Made by a program: the position numbers and the translations under genes. Below, one piece after another: positions 7,916 to 16,881 of a DNA stretch of 64,000 nucleotides. The stretch is from an uncultured Bacteroidaceae bacterium (lineage in GTDB: Bacteria; Bacteroidota; Bacteroidia; Bacteroidales; GCA-2748055), in the NCBI GenBank assembly GCA_964526475.1, contig CAZGKF010000006.1:25272-89271 (forward strand), written 5' to 3'. Each line of letters begins with the position of its first letter. Positions within the stretch are counted from its first letter, which is position 1. Under the pieces are notes generated by a model that saw nothing but the letters and a program-made list of their open reading frames with translations, was not told the DNA's origin and did not search any database.

Positions 7916-9494
7916 AACTATTTGATTTTAAATGAAAAATAATCTCAGAATATGCTCCTTTATCCTTTTCTGTACGATTTAAAACTGGTCTTTTAAACTG
8001 GTGAATAATTTGCATCCCGGCATTTTGCGCAATGACAGGGTACATATTATACTTATCATTTGCAACAAGAAAGATGTCATAATCATCAACCAGGAATTTT
8101 TTACAATTGTTTAATACATTACTTATTCCCTGAATATAGCTTTGTTTAGCTTCTCTGCCCTGACCTTTATATAAAGGGCCTATTTCCAGTTCATCCTTTC
8201 TTTCAAAACCAAATAAGTCATAGGCATATGCGTGTTGTTCGTGATAATCAATCAAACCGACATATGGAGGAGAGGAAAAAATTCCTTTTATTTTTTGCAT
8301 TTTTACTAATTTGGAGAAAGAGGGATTTATTATTTTAAGTTCATCGATAATATTAATAGTACGACTATCACCGGTTATGCAAATCTGTGTTGTTTCAGTT
8401 CGAAATTTATTATATTGTGCCAGGCGTTTAATAGTATCCTGTGAATATGTCTCCCACCATTTTAGAATTGAAAATAGGGGTTTGCATATTTTACCATGTT
8501 TGGCACAATAATATGTAGATGTTATTGGTTCAACCAAAGTAGCTAAATCAGCATGTGTAGTTGCTCTGCATGAACGTATAGTTCTGCTTAGTATTACACT
8601 TACGATTTTTCTTATATTAATATTTTCAATTTTTTGGATTTCATTATTTACAAAATGAATCTCTTCTCTGATATGTGGTGAATACCACTTATCTAGAAAA
8701 GTGTTAGATTTATCCTCGCCCAGTTTAATATCGTAGTCTTTTACAAGTTTCTGAAAGATTGGGGCAAATTCTTTTTCCTTTTCATTTCCGTATATTTTTT
8801 CATTTATTTCTCCATGTCTTAATCTATATTTATATTCAGGCACCGGGAAATAGTTATTGTTAAAAACATATAAGGTTTGCAGGAGTTTTTCTTCAAAATC
8901 AAGAGTACGTGAATTTGTTAGAAAAATTTTAAGTGCTTTGGTGATTCGGGTTATTTCCATTTGGACATCGACAAGATTATATTGAGCAACTTTACAATTA
9001 CCAATCATTGTATTAAAGATTGAAATATCAATACCAACAGCGTGCATCCCTAATTCAGATGCTTGGACCATTGTAGTTCCACTTCCTGAAAATGGGTCAA
9101 GAACAATATCTCCCCTTTTGAAATATGTTTCAGTTTTAAATTTATCTGTGTGATCATCGAGGAAATATTCGACGAGTTGAGGGATAAATTTGCCTTTATA
9201 CGGATGAAGCCGGTGAACATGTTTTGTAGTTTCTGCTTCTTTAAATTGGTCAAATGATAATGCCCAGTTTAAATCATCACCAAGTTGATCCCTCCAGGAA
9301 GTTTCACGGTATCTATTGTGTGATTTGTAATAATTGATAAGGTCTTCTTTTAAAACATGGGAAGTGCCATTATCCCCCACCTTTTTAATTCGGCCATATT
9401 GTATAAGATAGGAAATATTTGAAGTGGTTACGTTTTTCCCCATATGCTCACTTGCCCATTTGCTTGCTTCTTTTATAGTAAGTAATTTATCCAT
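7881..9494 (-). CDS. DNA methyltransferase (N4-cytosine/N6-adenine class) with N-terminal HTH-like domain
   Basis: 537 aa. AdoMet motif LDPFSGSGTT lies upstream of the catalytic motif FSSPPYVG, separated by a long putative target-recognition region. SPPY is more typical of m4C enzymes. Confidence 0.8.
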   Translation of the reverse strand: MDKLLTIKEASKWASEHMGKNVTTSNISYLIQYGRIKKVGDNGTSHVLKEDLINYYKSHNRYRETSWRDQLGDDLNWALSFDQFKEAETTKHVHRLHPYKGKFIPQLVEYFLDDHTDKFKTETYFKRGDIVLDPFSGSGTTMVQASELGMHAVGIDISIFNTMIGNCKVAQYNLVDVQMEITRITKALKIFLTNSRTLDFEEKLLQTLYVFNNNYFPVPEYKYRLRHGEINEKIYGNEKEKEFAPIFQKLVKDYDIKLGEDKSNTFLDKWYSPHIREEIHFVNNEIQKIENINIRKIVSVILSRTIRSCRATTHADLATLVEPITSTYYCAKHGKICKPLFSILKWWETYSQDTIKRLAQYNKFRTETTQICITGDSRTINIIDELKIINPSFSKLVKMQKIKGIFSSPPYVGLIDYHEQHAYAYDLFGFERKDELEIGPLYKGQGREAKQSYIQGISNVLNNCKKFLVDDYDIFLVANDKYNMYPVIAQNAGMQIIHQFKRPVLNRTEKDKGAYSEIIFHLKSNSYGNISFENSRY

Positions 9495-9792
9495 TTGATT
9501 TATTTTTTATGTACATGACTTTTCTCTCGGCAACTTTCAGAATCCTTATATCTATATCCTCATCAATGATCCTGTAAGCTATTAAATCACTAAAAAGTTC
9601 ATTGAGCAGTTCCTTTTCTTCCAACCTGAAAAACTCTGCAGCTTGTTTTATAAATTCCCGTGAAGGCTTCCTTTCATTTCGTTCAATTTTAGATATAAGA
9701 GAAGAATCAATTTTCAACCTGGTTGATAATTCTCTGAGAGATAACTTTTCTTTTTCTCTCATACTTCTAAGATGCTCCCCAAAGGTGTGCAT
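9487..9792 (-). CDS. XRE-family HTH protein, probable R-M controller (C) protein
   Basis: 101 aa. LSLRELSTRLKIDSSLISKIERNERKPS is a Cro/C1-type HTH. It is the first gene of the cassette, and its end overlaps the methylase start by 8 nt. Confidence 0.6.
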   Translation of the reverse strand: MHTFGEHLRSMREKEKLSLRELSTRLKIDSSLISKIERNERKPSREFIKQAAEFFRLEEKELLNELFSDLIAYRIIDEDIDIRILKVAERKVMYIKNKSNG

Positions 9793-9836
9793 ATATGAGT
9801 ATTTTTTTTTTAAAAGTACAAAAATTCATTTTCTCT

Positions 9837-9851
9837 GGACAAAATATGTCC
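9837..9851. promoter_or_regulatory. GGACA-N5-TGTCC palindrome upstream of the C gene (candidate C-box/operator)
   Basis: The sequence ggacaaaatatgtcc is a perfect 5-bp inverted repeat, 45-59 nt upstream of the C-protein ATG at 9792. Confidence 0.3.
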
Positions 9852-10253
9852 ACATTTTTATAAACAACTTTTCCCCAATGATCAGATATGTTTTTCCTTT
9901 AGAATATTTATTAACATAGATTAACAAATGAATTAAGTTTGCGGTAAGTCCTAAATGCTAATAACTAATATCAATTTATCAAAAAAGTAAGCCGAAAATT
10001 TTAAAAGGTTTTTAATTAAACTTCTATTTATTATTTCTGCTGTCCGGTAATAACAAAATAATAGATACGAGCTTACTTTCGGTGAACTTACGGAAGGAAA
10101 ACTCATATGGTAAACCAGATACAAATGATTTATAAATGCATATACAAATGTTAAAATAACACAAAAATGACTATTTAGATTGAATATAGTAATTAAAATG
10201 TAATAAAAAATAAAAAAATGTAATAAAAAATAGGAAATATATTACAAAATGAT

Positions 10254-10261
10254 TATTTTTG
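10254..10261 (+). promoter_or_regulatory. Bacteroidota -7 promoter-like element TAnnTTTG upstream of asnB
   Basis: tatttttg lies 34 nt upstream of the ATG at 10295. No clear -33 TTTG was seen. Confidence 0.25.
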
Positions 10262-10294
10262 TAACGAAAATAGATAAAACAAATTAAAACTATT

Positions 10295-11881
10295 ATGTGC
10301 GGATTTACAATTTATACTGGAAGCAACAAAGAATCAAGGCTACATGTAGCGGCTGATTTTCAGAAGCTGAAATACAGGGGTCCTGATAATACAGTAATGC
10401 TTGATCTGGGCAATGAAGGCTGGATGGGTTTTCATCGCCTGAAAATAATGGACACAAGTGAACGGGGTAATCAGCCTCTGGTTTACAGGAATATTCACCT
10501 TATCTGCAATGGTGAGGTTTATAACTACCCACAGCTTCGGGAAAGATATGAAAGCAGTTTTGATTTTCAGTCAGATAGCGATTGTGAAGTGATCATTCCT
10601 CTTTTTCTTGAAAAAGGGATAAGGCAAACGGCACTTGAATTAGATGCGGAATTTGTGTTTGTAATATATGATTCTGTTCAGAAAAAATACTTTGCCGCAC
10701 GTGATCCGGTTGGAATTCGTCCAATGTTTTACGGCTACAGCAAGGAAGGCAACATTATGTTCGCCAGTGAGATGAAAGCACTTCATTCAATGTGTCCGGA
10801 GGTAAAACCCTTTCCTCCGGGCCATTATTATGATGGCGAAAAGTTCCTTCAGTACAGGGACCCTTCTGCGGTTACAAAATACTCTGATGATGAGATTGAA
10901 CAGGTATTTAAAAAGCTCAACCATTACCTTACAAAAGGAGTAGAGAAGCGTCTTACTTCCGATGTGCCGGTTGGATTTCTTTGTAGTGGAGGCCTTGATT
11001 CCAGTCTTGTCTGTTCCATAGCCGCACGGATGTTGAAAAAACCTATCAAAACCTTTGCAGTTGGAATAGAAGACGGGCCGATAGACACCAAATATGCACG
11101 GATAGTGGCCGATTACCTTGGAGCTGATCATACCGAAGTGCTTTTTAGTAAACAGGATATTTTCGATACTCTCAGTACACTTATTTATAATATTGAAACC
11201 TGGGATATTACTACCATACGCGCATCCATGGGAATGTACCTGGTTTCAAAATATATTGCTGAGAATACCGGTATTAAGGTTTTGATGACAGGTGAGATAA
11301 GCGATGAGATTTTCGGATATAAGTATACCGATTATGCTCCTACTCCGGAGGCATTCCAGAAAGAAGCCGAGAAAAGACTGAATGAAATATATATGTATGA
11401 TGTGCTTCGTGCCGACCGGTCCATTTCTTCAAACGGACTCGAAGCCAGGGTTCCTTTTGGGGATCTTGATTTTGTGGAGTATGTTATGAGTATAAAACCT
11501 GAGTTGAAGATGAACTTTACCGGGATAGGGAAATATTTACTTCGAAAAGCTTTTGAAGAGGACTACCTGCCTCATGATATTCTTTATCGCGAAAAGGCTG
11601 CTTTCAGTGATGCAGTTGGACATAGTGTGGTTGATAGCCTCAAAGCCTGGGCTGAAGAATTATACAGCGAAGAAGATATGGTGACAGCCCGGTTGAAATA
11701 TAAGCATGCCCCACCCATTTCAAAGGAATCGCTAATGTACAGGAATATCTTTGAGTATCATTTCCCGGGACGCGCATCTGTAATAAAAGATTTCTGGATG
11801 CCGAACAAAGAGTGGAAAAACTGCAATGTTAACGATCCAAGCGCAAGGGTACTGCCGAATTATGGGAAAAGTGGGTCGTAA
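10295..11881 (+). CDS. asnB: Asparagine synthetase B (glutamine-hydrolysing)
   Basis: 528 aa. N-terminal MCGF (Ntn Cys2 glutaminase), PP-loop SGGLDSS, and overall AsnB layout. Confidence 0.85.
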   Translation: MCGFTIYTGSNKESRLHVAADFQKLKYRGPDNTVMLDLGNEGWMGFHRLKIMDTSERGNQPLVYRNIHLICNGEVYNYPQLRERYESSFDFQSDSDCEVIIPLFLEKGIRQTALELDAEFVFVIYDSVQKKYFAARDPVGIRPMFYGYSKEGNIMFASEMKALHSMCPEVKPFPPGHYYDGEKFLQYRDPSAVTKYSDDEIEQVFKKLNHYLTKGVEKRLTSDVPVGFLCSGGLDSSLVCSIAARMLKKPIKTFAVGIEDGPIDTKYARIVADYLGADHTEVLFSKQDIFDTLSTLIYNIETWDITTIRASMGMYLVSKYIAENTGIKVLMTGEISDEIFGYKYTDYAPTPEAFQKEAEKRLNEIYMYDVLRADRSISSNGLEARVPFGDLDFVEYVMSIKPELKMNFTGIGKYLLRKAFEEDYLPHDILYREKAAFSDAVGHSVVDSLKAWAEELYSEEDMVTARLKYKHAPPISKESLMYRNIFEYHFPGRASVIKDFWMPNKEWKNCNVNDPSARVLPNYGKSGS

Positions 11882-11955
11882 ATAGCGTATGAACTGATCT
11901 CATCCATTTGGCAGGATGAAAAGAAAAATCCGGAAGAGGCAGTAAGATTTAATTT

Positions 11956-14682
11956 TCATTTATATCCGATTTTTCTAACAAAGGCATCATAAAATCCTTT
12001 ATCTTTCAATTTCAACAGATGCTTTTCTGCATCAGATATGTTAAAGAAGATGCCGGATGAATAACGGTAGAAGCCATCATTGCCGCGTGTCAGAATGGTC
12101 TTATCGGTATCTTTGAAATAATCCGGTGCAGGTGGTTTTATTAGGGCACTGAATTGCACAGTATAGTAATAACCTGCGCTATCTTCAGATTCATGTTCCC
12201 CTGTCTGATCCCAATACCTGGATAACTGGTTGACAAATGCATCAGTGAAGCCATTTTTTACATGAAAGGGCAGTTGTTTCTGTGCTTCTTCGAAGCTGTC
12301 GAATACACCTGTAATATATCTGAATATTCCATCATTTCCTTCAATCCTGAAAACCTCATCTGTTAATTTGAAGAAATCATCACTTACAGGCACTTTCATG
12401 GCAAGAAGCTGAATGATGAAAGGCCCTTTTAATTCTGAAAGTTCAGGTACAGATGGTTTTGTGAGAACGTTAAAGTCATTCTCACTAATTATTCTGCTGT
12501 CAGGAAAACCCGTATCTATCACCTTGTTAAGGAATTCAATGGCTTGCTGCCTGTTAAAGTAATTCTCTGTTGCATAGATATATCTATTGCCTGTTTCATA
12601 TAGTTTAACACTTTGATTCTCCATTTCTGAGGGGATAGTATTTTTCGCACTACCCGATTCCTCCAGTATTACGTAGTAGTTTCTGTAGGCAGAAGATTTA
12701 AGGTTTTCAGGTACGAGTATTTCCTCCATAACAATATCTTTATCACCTGTATTAATAAGGTTTATTTCAACCCGCCTGTTGTATCTTCTTCCTTCGGGGC
12801 TATCGGCGCCATCTTCTCTTTTATTACGTGCGATAAAATCACTTTTCCCGGCAGCTTTGGAGATAAAACTTTCCCTTGGTATTCCTTTTGAAACCAGATA
12901 ACTGACCACTTCTCCCGAACGCTTATGTGCAAGCTGGAGATTATATTCTTCACTACCTATGGCATCGGTATATCCGGTTACTTCTACATAAAGGTCAGGA
13001 TTTTCAGATAGCAGAATGTAAAGTTTTTCAAGTTCATGTTTTGCTTCGTCTGTAAGTCTGAAGCTGTCAAAATCAAAAAGCACACCTTTAACCAGGGCGT
13101 ATTTACCCTCACTTACGGAGGATGGAGTAAGTGAAGTTCCAATCTCAATGTTTTTTGAACGATGCCGGGGAAGAATACTGATAAATTCTTCGGCAGGGTC
13201 ATATCCCTCTGCCTTAACAGTTAGCTGGTATTTTCCCGCTGGTACTTCCACGTTAAATTCACCTGTCTCCGACACAGGAATGTTTTCAGCAATGGGTTTC
13301 TTCTTTTCTGTATCTATAATGCTTACAATGGCTGATTCATCAAGATCAAACCTGTCTTCAGTTGTTATTGTACCGCGGAAAGCGTACCTCAAATCACTGT
13401 CTTCAGGTTCCAGGTCTAAGAGAACGATTTTGTGTTGAGGCAAAACATCACCCTCTGAAGAAAAAAGTGCCTGTTTACCATCTTCGAGAGGAACAAAAAA
13501 AAGATCATCATCACTTGTACTAATCGGATATCCCAGATTGGCAGGGTACGACCAGCTATTATTGGGAAGTCTGGTTGAATAGAATATATCAAATCCACCC
13601 ATGGTGGCATGACTCATGGAACTGAAGTAAAGTGTTTTTCCGTCGGCTGACACAAAAGGAGTTTCTTCACTGTAAATATTGTTCACCGGTTCCCCAATAT
13701 TTAAAGGTTTCTGCCAGTCACCCCCTTCATCGCGCAAAGAATAATATATATCCAGTGCTCCCATACTTCCCGGTCGGTCACTTGTAAAATACATCATTCT
13801 TTTATCCCGGGTAAGAGACGCGTGAGTCTCGTTGAATTTGGTGTTTATGATCTTTCCCAGAGCCTGAACAGGAGTCCATCTTTGACCTTCGTAGTAACTT
13901 ACATACAAATCCCAGTTGAAATCCCTGTTAACAGCCAGATATAATTCCGTGGCATCATATGTAATGGAGCAAAGATTATAATTCCCGTCAATTTCCAGTT
14001 GATCATTTATCATCTCCGGTTCTGTCCAACTTCCGTTTTTCAGTTTGCTCATCATGATGGCTGAGTAGAAAGGTTTGTATGTCATGAAAACAATAATGGA
14101 ATCTTTCTCCGCAAAAACAGCCCTGTAATTGGAATTATCCGGACTAACCATTTCAAAGACGGGAAGGAAGTCGAGAGCAAGAGTGTCGTTAATATACTCT
14201 TTTGCCAGCTCAATTGAAAAAATCTGCCTGTTAATAAACTCCACTTCAGCTACATCAGATATTTTCATTACTCTCTTATACATTTTGTAATATTCAATAG
14301 CTTTATCAAACTGATTATTTATATGATATGCTCTTGCCAGTGCATAAAAAGCAACTCTGGGGGCATCGGTTTCCCTGTATGATCCTTCCCTGTAACCGGC
14401 AGAGACATTGCTGACAGCTTTCTCAAGATGGGGGATGGACATTTTTTTCCGGCCGTTTATGCTTAAATAGCATGCCCCTACAAGGAAATGCAGGTTTGCG
14501 TTGGATGGGTCTGATTTAAGCATCTCATTATAAAGAAATGCAGCTTCCTTATATTCCTCGTTCAGCATGAAATATTCGGCTTCAAGGAAATTGGTTTTAA
14601 AAGTTTTTTTGTCTTGCGCCTCTGATATCTTTAGAAGGCAAAAAAAAGCTGCAATAAGTATGAATTTTAATGTAATTCTCAT
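11956..14682 (-). CDS. Large envelope protein: signal peptide, TPR, TolB-like beta-propeller, Ig/carboxypeptidase-regulatory-like domain, OmpA C-terminal domain and two SPOR-like repeats
   Basis: 908 aa. OmpA motif VTGYTDAIGSEEYNLQLAHKRSGEVVSYL. WD40-like TolB repeats (MYFTSDRPGS, LYFSS). Two C-terminal repeats of the SPOR pattern (GNDGIFRYITGVF..., GNDGFYRYSSGIF...). Confidence 0.8.
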   Translation of the reverse strand: MRITLKFILIAAFFCLLKISEAQDKKTFKTNFLEAEYFMLNEEYKEAAFLYNEMLKSDPSNANLHFLVGACYLSINGRKKMSIPHLEKAVSNVSAGYREGSYRETDAPRVAFYALARAYHINNQFDKAIEYYKMYKRVMKISDVAEVEFINRQIFSIELAKEYINDTLALDFLPVFEMVSPDNSNYRAVFAEKDSIIVFMTYKPFYSAIMMSKLKNGSWTEPEMINDQLEIDGNYNLCSITYDATELYLAVNRDFNWDLYVSYYEGQRWTPVQALGKIINTKFNETHASLTRDKRMMYFTSDRPGSMGALDIYYSLRDEGGDWQKPLNIGEPVNNIYSEETPFVSADGKTLYFSSMSHATMGGFDIFYSTRLPNNSWSYPANLGYPISTSDDDLFFVPLEDGKQALFSSEGDVLPQHKIVLLDLEPEDSDLRYAFRGTITTEDRFDLDESAIVSIIDTEKKKPIAENIPVSETGEFNVEVPAGKYQLTVKAEGYDPAEEFISILPRHRSKNIEIGTSLTPSSVSEGKYALVKGVLFDFDSFRLTDEAKHELEKLYILLSENPDLYVEVTGYTDAIGSEEYNLQLAHKRSGEVVSYLVSKGIPRESFISKAAGKSDFIARNKREDGADSPEGRRYNRRVEINLINTGDKDIVMEEILVPENLKSSAYRNYYVILEESGSAKNTIPSEMENQSVKLYETGNRYIYATENYFNRQQAIEFLNKVIDTGFPDSRIISENDFNVLTKPSVPELSELKGPFIIQLLAMKVPVSDDFFKLTDEVFRIEGNDGIFRYITGVFDSFEEAQKQLPFHVKNGFTDAFVNQLSRYWDQTGEHESEDSAGYYYTVQFSALIKPPAPDYFKDTDKTILTRGNDGFYRYSSGIFFNISDAEKHLLKLKDKGFYDAFVRKIGYK

Positions 14683-14888
14683 ACATCTTTACTGAACGGA
14701 TGTAAAAATAATAAAAGTAGAGTATTGAATCAATGTAAGATATGAACATTCCTGAAATACCTCTTAAAGACAAAAGAAGATTGGTCGTTGAACAGATGAA
14801 TTGTTGAATGAGCTGAAGACCTGATTGGATTAAAATATGCAAAAAGGGTTACAAATAAGGATTCTCCAATTAATTAATAAGTTAACTA

Positions 14889-15370
14889 CTATCTCTGCTT
14901 CTTTTTCAAAACAGATTCATAATCCCACCCCTGTTCTTTACATAGCACCCTTACATGAGAATCCCATGTGGGCTCACCGGGATTTCTGATGGATCCGAAA
15001 CAGTCTATTGCAAGGTATTTCAACGCTTCTCCCTTGTCGGCTGCAATGCTGTGCCACATGCCAACAGGTATCCTTACTACATCACCAGGGACTACCAGCA
15101 TCTTTCGGGGAGAATCTTTGCCAATAATAAGTGTGCCTTTACCTTCAGTAATATAAAAAATTTGTTCCGTGTCATCATGTTTATGCAGGGGAGGGGCTTT
15201 CTCCGGTTCTATTACAACAAAAAAACTTCAGAATGCCTTGCTTCCGAACGATCCATGACAAGATCATTAATATGTGTGGGGAAAGCGTAACGGGTTAAAT
15301 CCTGCGTTGAAAACACATATTTAACAGATAGAGAACTTTTGTTTTCACTTTGAGAGTGGTTCTGATTCAT
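14889..15370 (-). pseudogene. Cupin-domain protein gene interrupted by a frameshift in an A7/T7 homopolymer
   Basis: Manual translation from ATG 15370 gives MNQNHSQ...RHSEVFLL*, with the stop just after the run at 15219-15225. Adding one T restores ...EVFFVVIEPEKAPPLHKHDDTEQIFYITEGKG..., which is continuous with the 70-aa track ORF at 14889-15101. Confidence 0.65.
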
Positions 15371-15469
15371 GATTTATTAATAATTAGAAGTTTTTAACAA
15401 TTAATGAGCAGCAAAAATAATACTCTGTAATTAACAATGAAAGTAAACATATCGTTTTTTTAAGTATTT

Positions 15470-15715
15470 CTAAAACTCCAATGTGCTGCGGAAAGTATTT
15501 GCCCCATTACTTAGGTTTACCCCTTCAAAATGATTCTGGCTGCGTATTCCCCCAAAACCAAATCCCAGGCTGTCGGCCGAGTTAATTGCCGACTGTACGA
15601 GTAAATTTACAAGTGCACCTGGCCGCAGCCGTGCTTCTATATCGGTTTCGGCAGAGGTGATGTTGAATTCAGAAACTGAAATGAGATTATTTGATGAAGA
15701 TCCTGATAAAACCAT
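15470..15715 (-). pseudogene. Possible N-terminal fragment of an acyl-ACP thioesterase/hotdog-fold gene
   Basis: 81 aa. ETDIEARLRPGALVNLLVQSAINSADSLGFGFG resembles the first ~65 residues of acyl-ACP thioesterases. The rest of the ~250 aa protein is absent. Confidence 0.3.
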
Positions 15716-16092
15716 ATCATTTATTGCTTATTGCAATCTGTATACATTTTTCCATTTCCAAATTGAGGGTGTGCTAAATTAATTGTAATATATTTACTGA
15801 AGAATTTCTATGGTTATTTAAATTTAATTTAAAAAATTAAATAAATTAAAAAAAGAGTAAGTGATGTAATATGCATATATTTAAGTAGTTAGCACAAATA
15901 ATGCAAAACAGGAGGCATTTTATACCTGAAGGACAAAGGAAATAAATATATTTGAGTGGAGTTAAAACCAAACCTGCCTGCCTACCTGCAGGTTGAGTAT
16001 ATTGATTAGTTTATATTTTAGGATCGAAATAAATATTGGCTCAAAAAAACAATTTATATTTTTTAGTATAGTGTTTTTGCACAATCGGAAAT

Positions 16093-16662
16093 ATGAAAAA
16101 TCAAGATTGGGAAAAGTGGGTTAAAGAAGAATTACGAAAAGGTAATACCTTTGCAATTAAACAACTATATGACAGGTATTACCAAGGCTTATGCGTTCTG
16201 GCATTTAGATATACAGGGTCATATGACACTGCACAGGATATTGTACAAGATACTTTTCTTAATATCTGGAAAATAAGGAAAAAACTGAAATTAAGCAGCT
16301 CAGTTCATACATATCTTTATGCTTCTGTACGTAATGCCTGCATCAATTATATTAAACATACACTTGTTGAACAAAAATATAATACCCTGACAGCTAAACA
16401 CATACAACGGTCAGTAAATTATTTTCTTATCAGCAGGGAGGATGGACAATCTTTATTAATTAATAAAGAACTTGAAAAGAAGATTGAAGATTCCATTCAG
16501 GAATTGCCTGAGAAATGCCGTGAAATATTTTTGTTAAGCAGGGAAGAAGGATTAAAATACCATGAAATCGCAGAAAGAAAAAAACTGACGGTAAATACTG
16601 TTCAGAGACAAATATCCATAGCTCTTGAAAAATTGAGAGTAAAGCTGAAGGAATACATATGA
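16093..16662 (+). CDS. ECF-type RNA polymerase sigma-70 factor
   Basis: 189 aa with region 2 (DIVQDTFLNIW) and region 4 (LPEKCREIFLLSREEGLKYHEIAERKKLTVNTV). Followed by a FecR anti-sigma gene. Confidence 0.85.
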   Translation: MKNQDWEKWVKEELRKGNTFAIKQLYDRYYQGLCVLAFRYTGSYDTAQDIVQDTFLNIWKIRKKLKLSSSVHTYLYASVRNACINYIKHTLVEQKYNTLTAKHIQRSVNYFLISREDGQSLLINKELEKKIEDSIQELPEKCREIFLLSREEGLKYHEIAERKKLTVNTVQRQISIALEKLRVKLKEYI

Positions 16663-16881
16663 TGATGATTTTATTCTTTCTGTGAGAATAAGATTGAAAA
16701 GAAATGTAAAGGTGTTTATTAATTATTTGACAATGAATGTATTTGACTTGTTTTAAAACATTAATTCTTCTCTTTTTTTTATACCAAAGTGGTTGTTTAT
16801 TTCTACCTTTACGTTTCTTTTTAACCCTCCCTTTTAACTGAACCCTCACCTTTTTTTGTCTAATATATATTATTACAAACC

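Noticed and set aside
10295-11881. Asparagine synthetase as a lasso-peptide cyclase or defence-associated PP-loop enzyme, because it sits next to the R-M cassette
   Set aside because: It has the full Ntn glutaminase N-terminus (MCGF) and housekeeping AsnB-like length and motifs. No precursor peptide, protease or transporter genes are adjacent. The 15-codon ORF at about 10106-10153 (MVNQIQMIYKCIYKC) has no supporting context.
15960-15990. Hairpin aacctgc-N10-gcaggtt upstream of the ECF sigma gene
   Set aside because: It has only a 7-bp stem with a large loop, no T-run and no repeat elsewhere, so it cannot be distinguished from chance.
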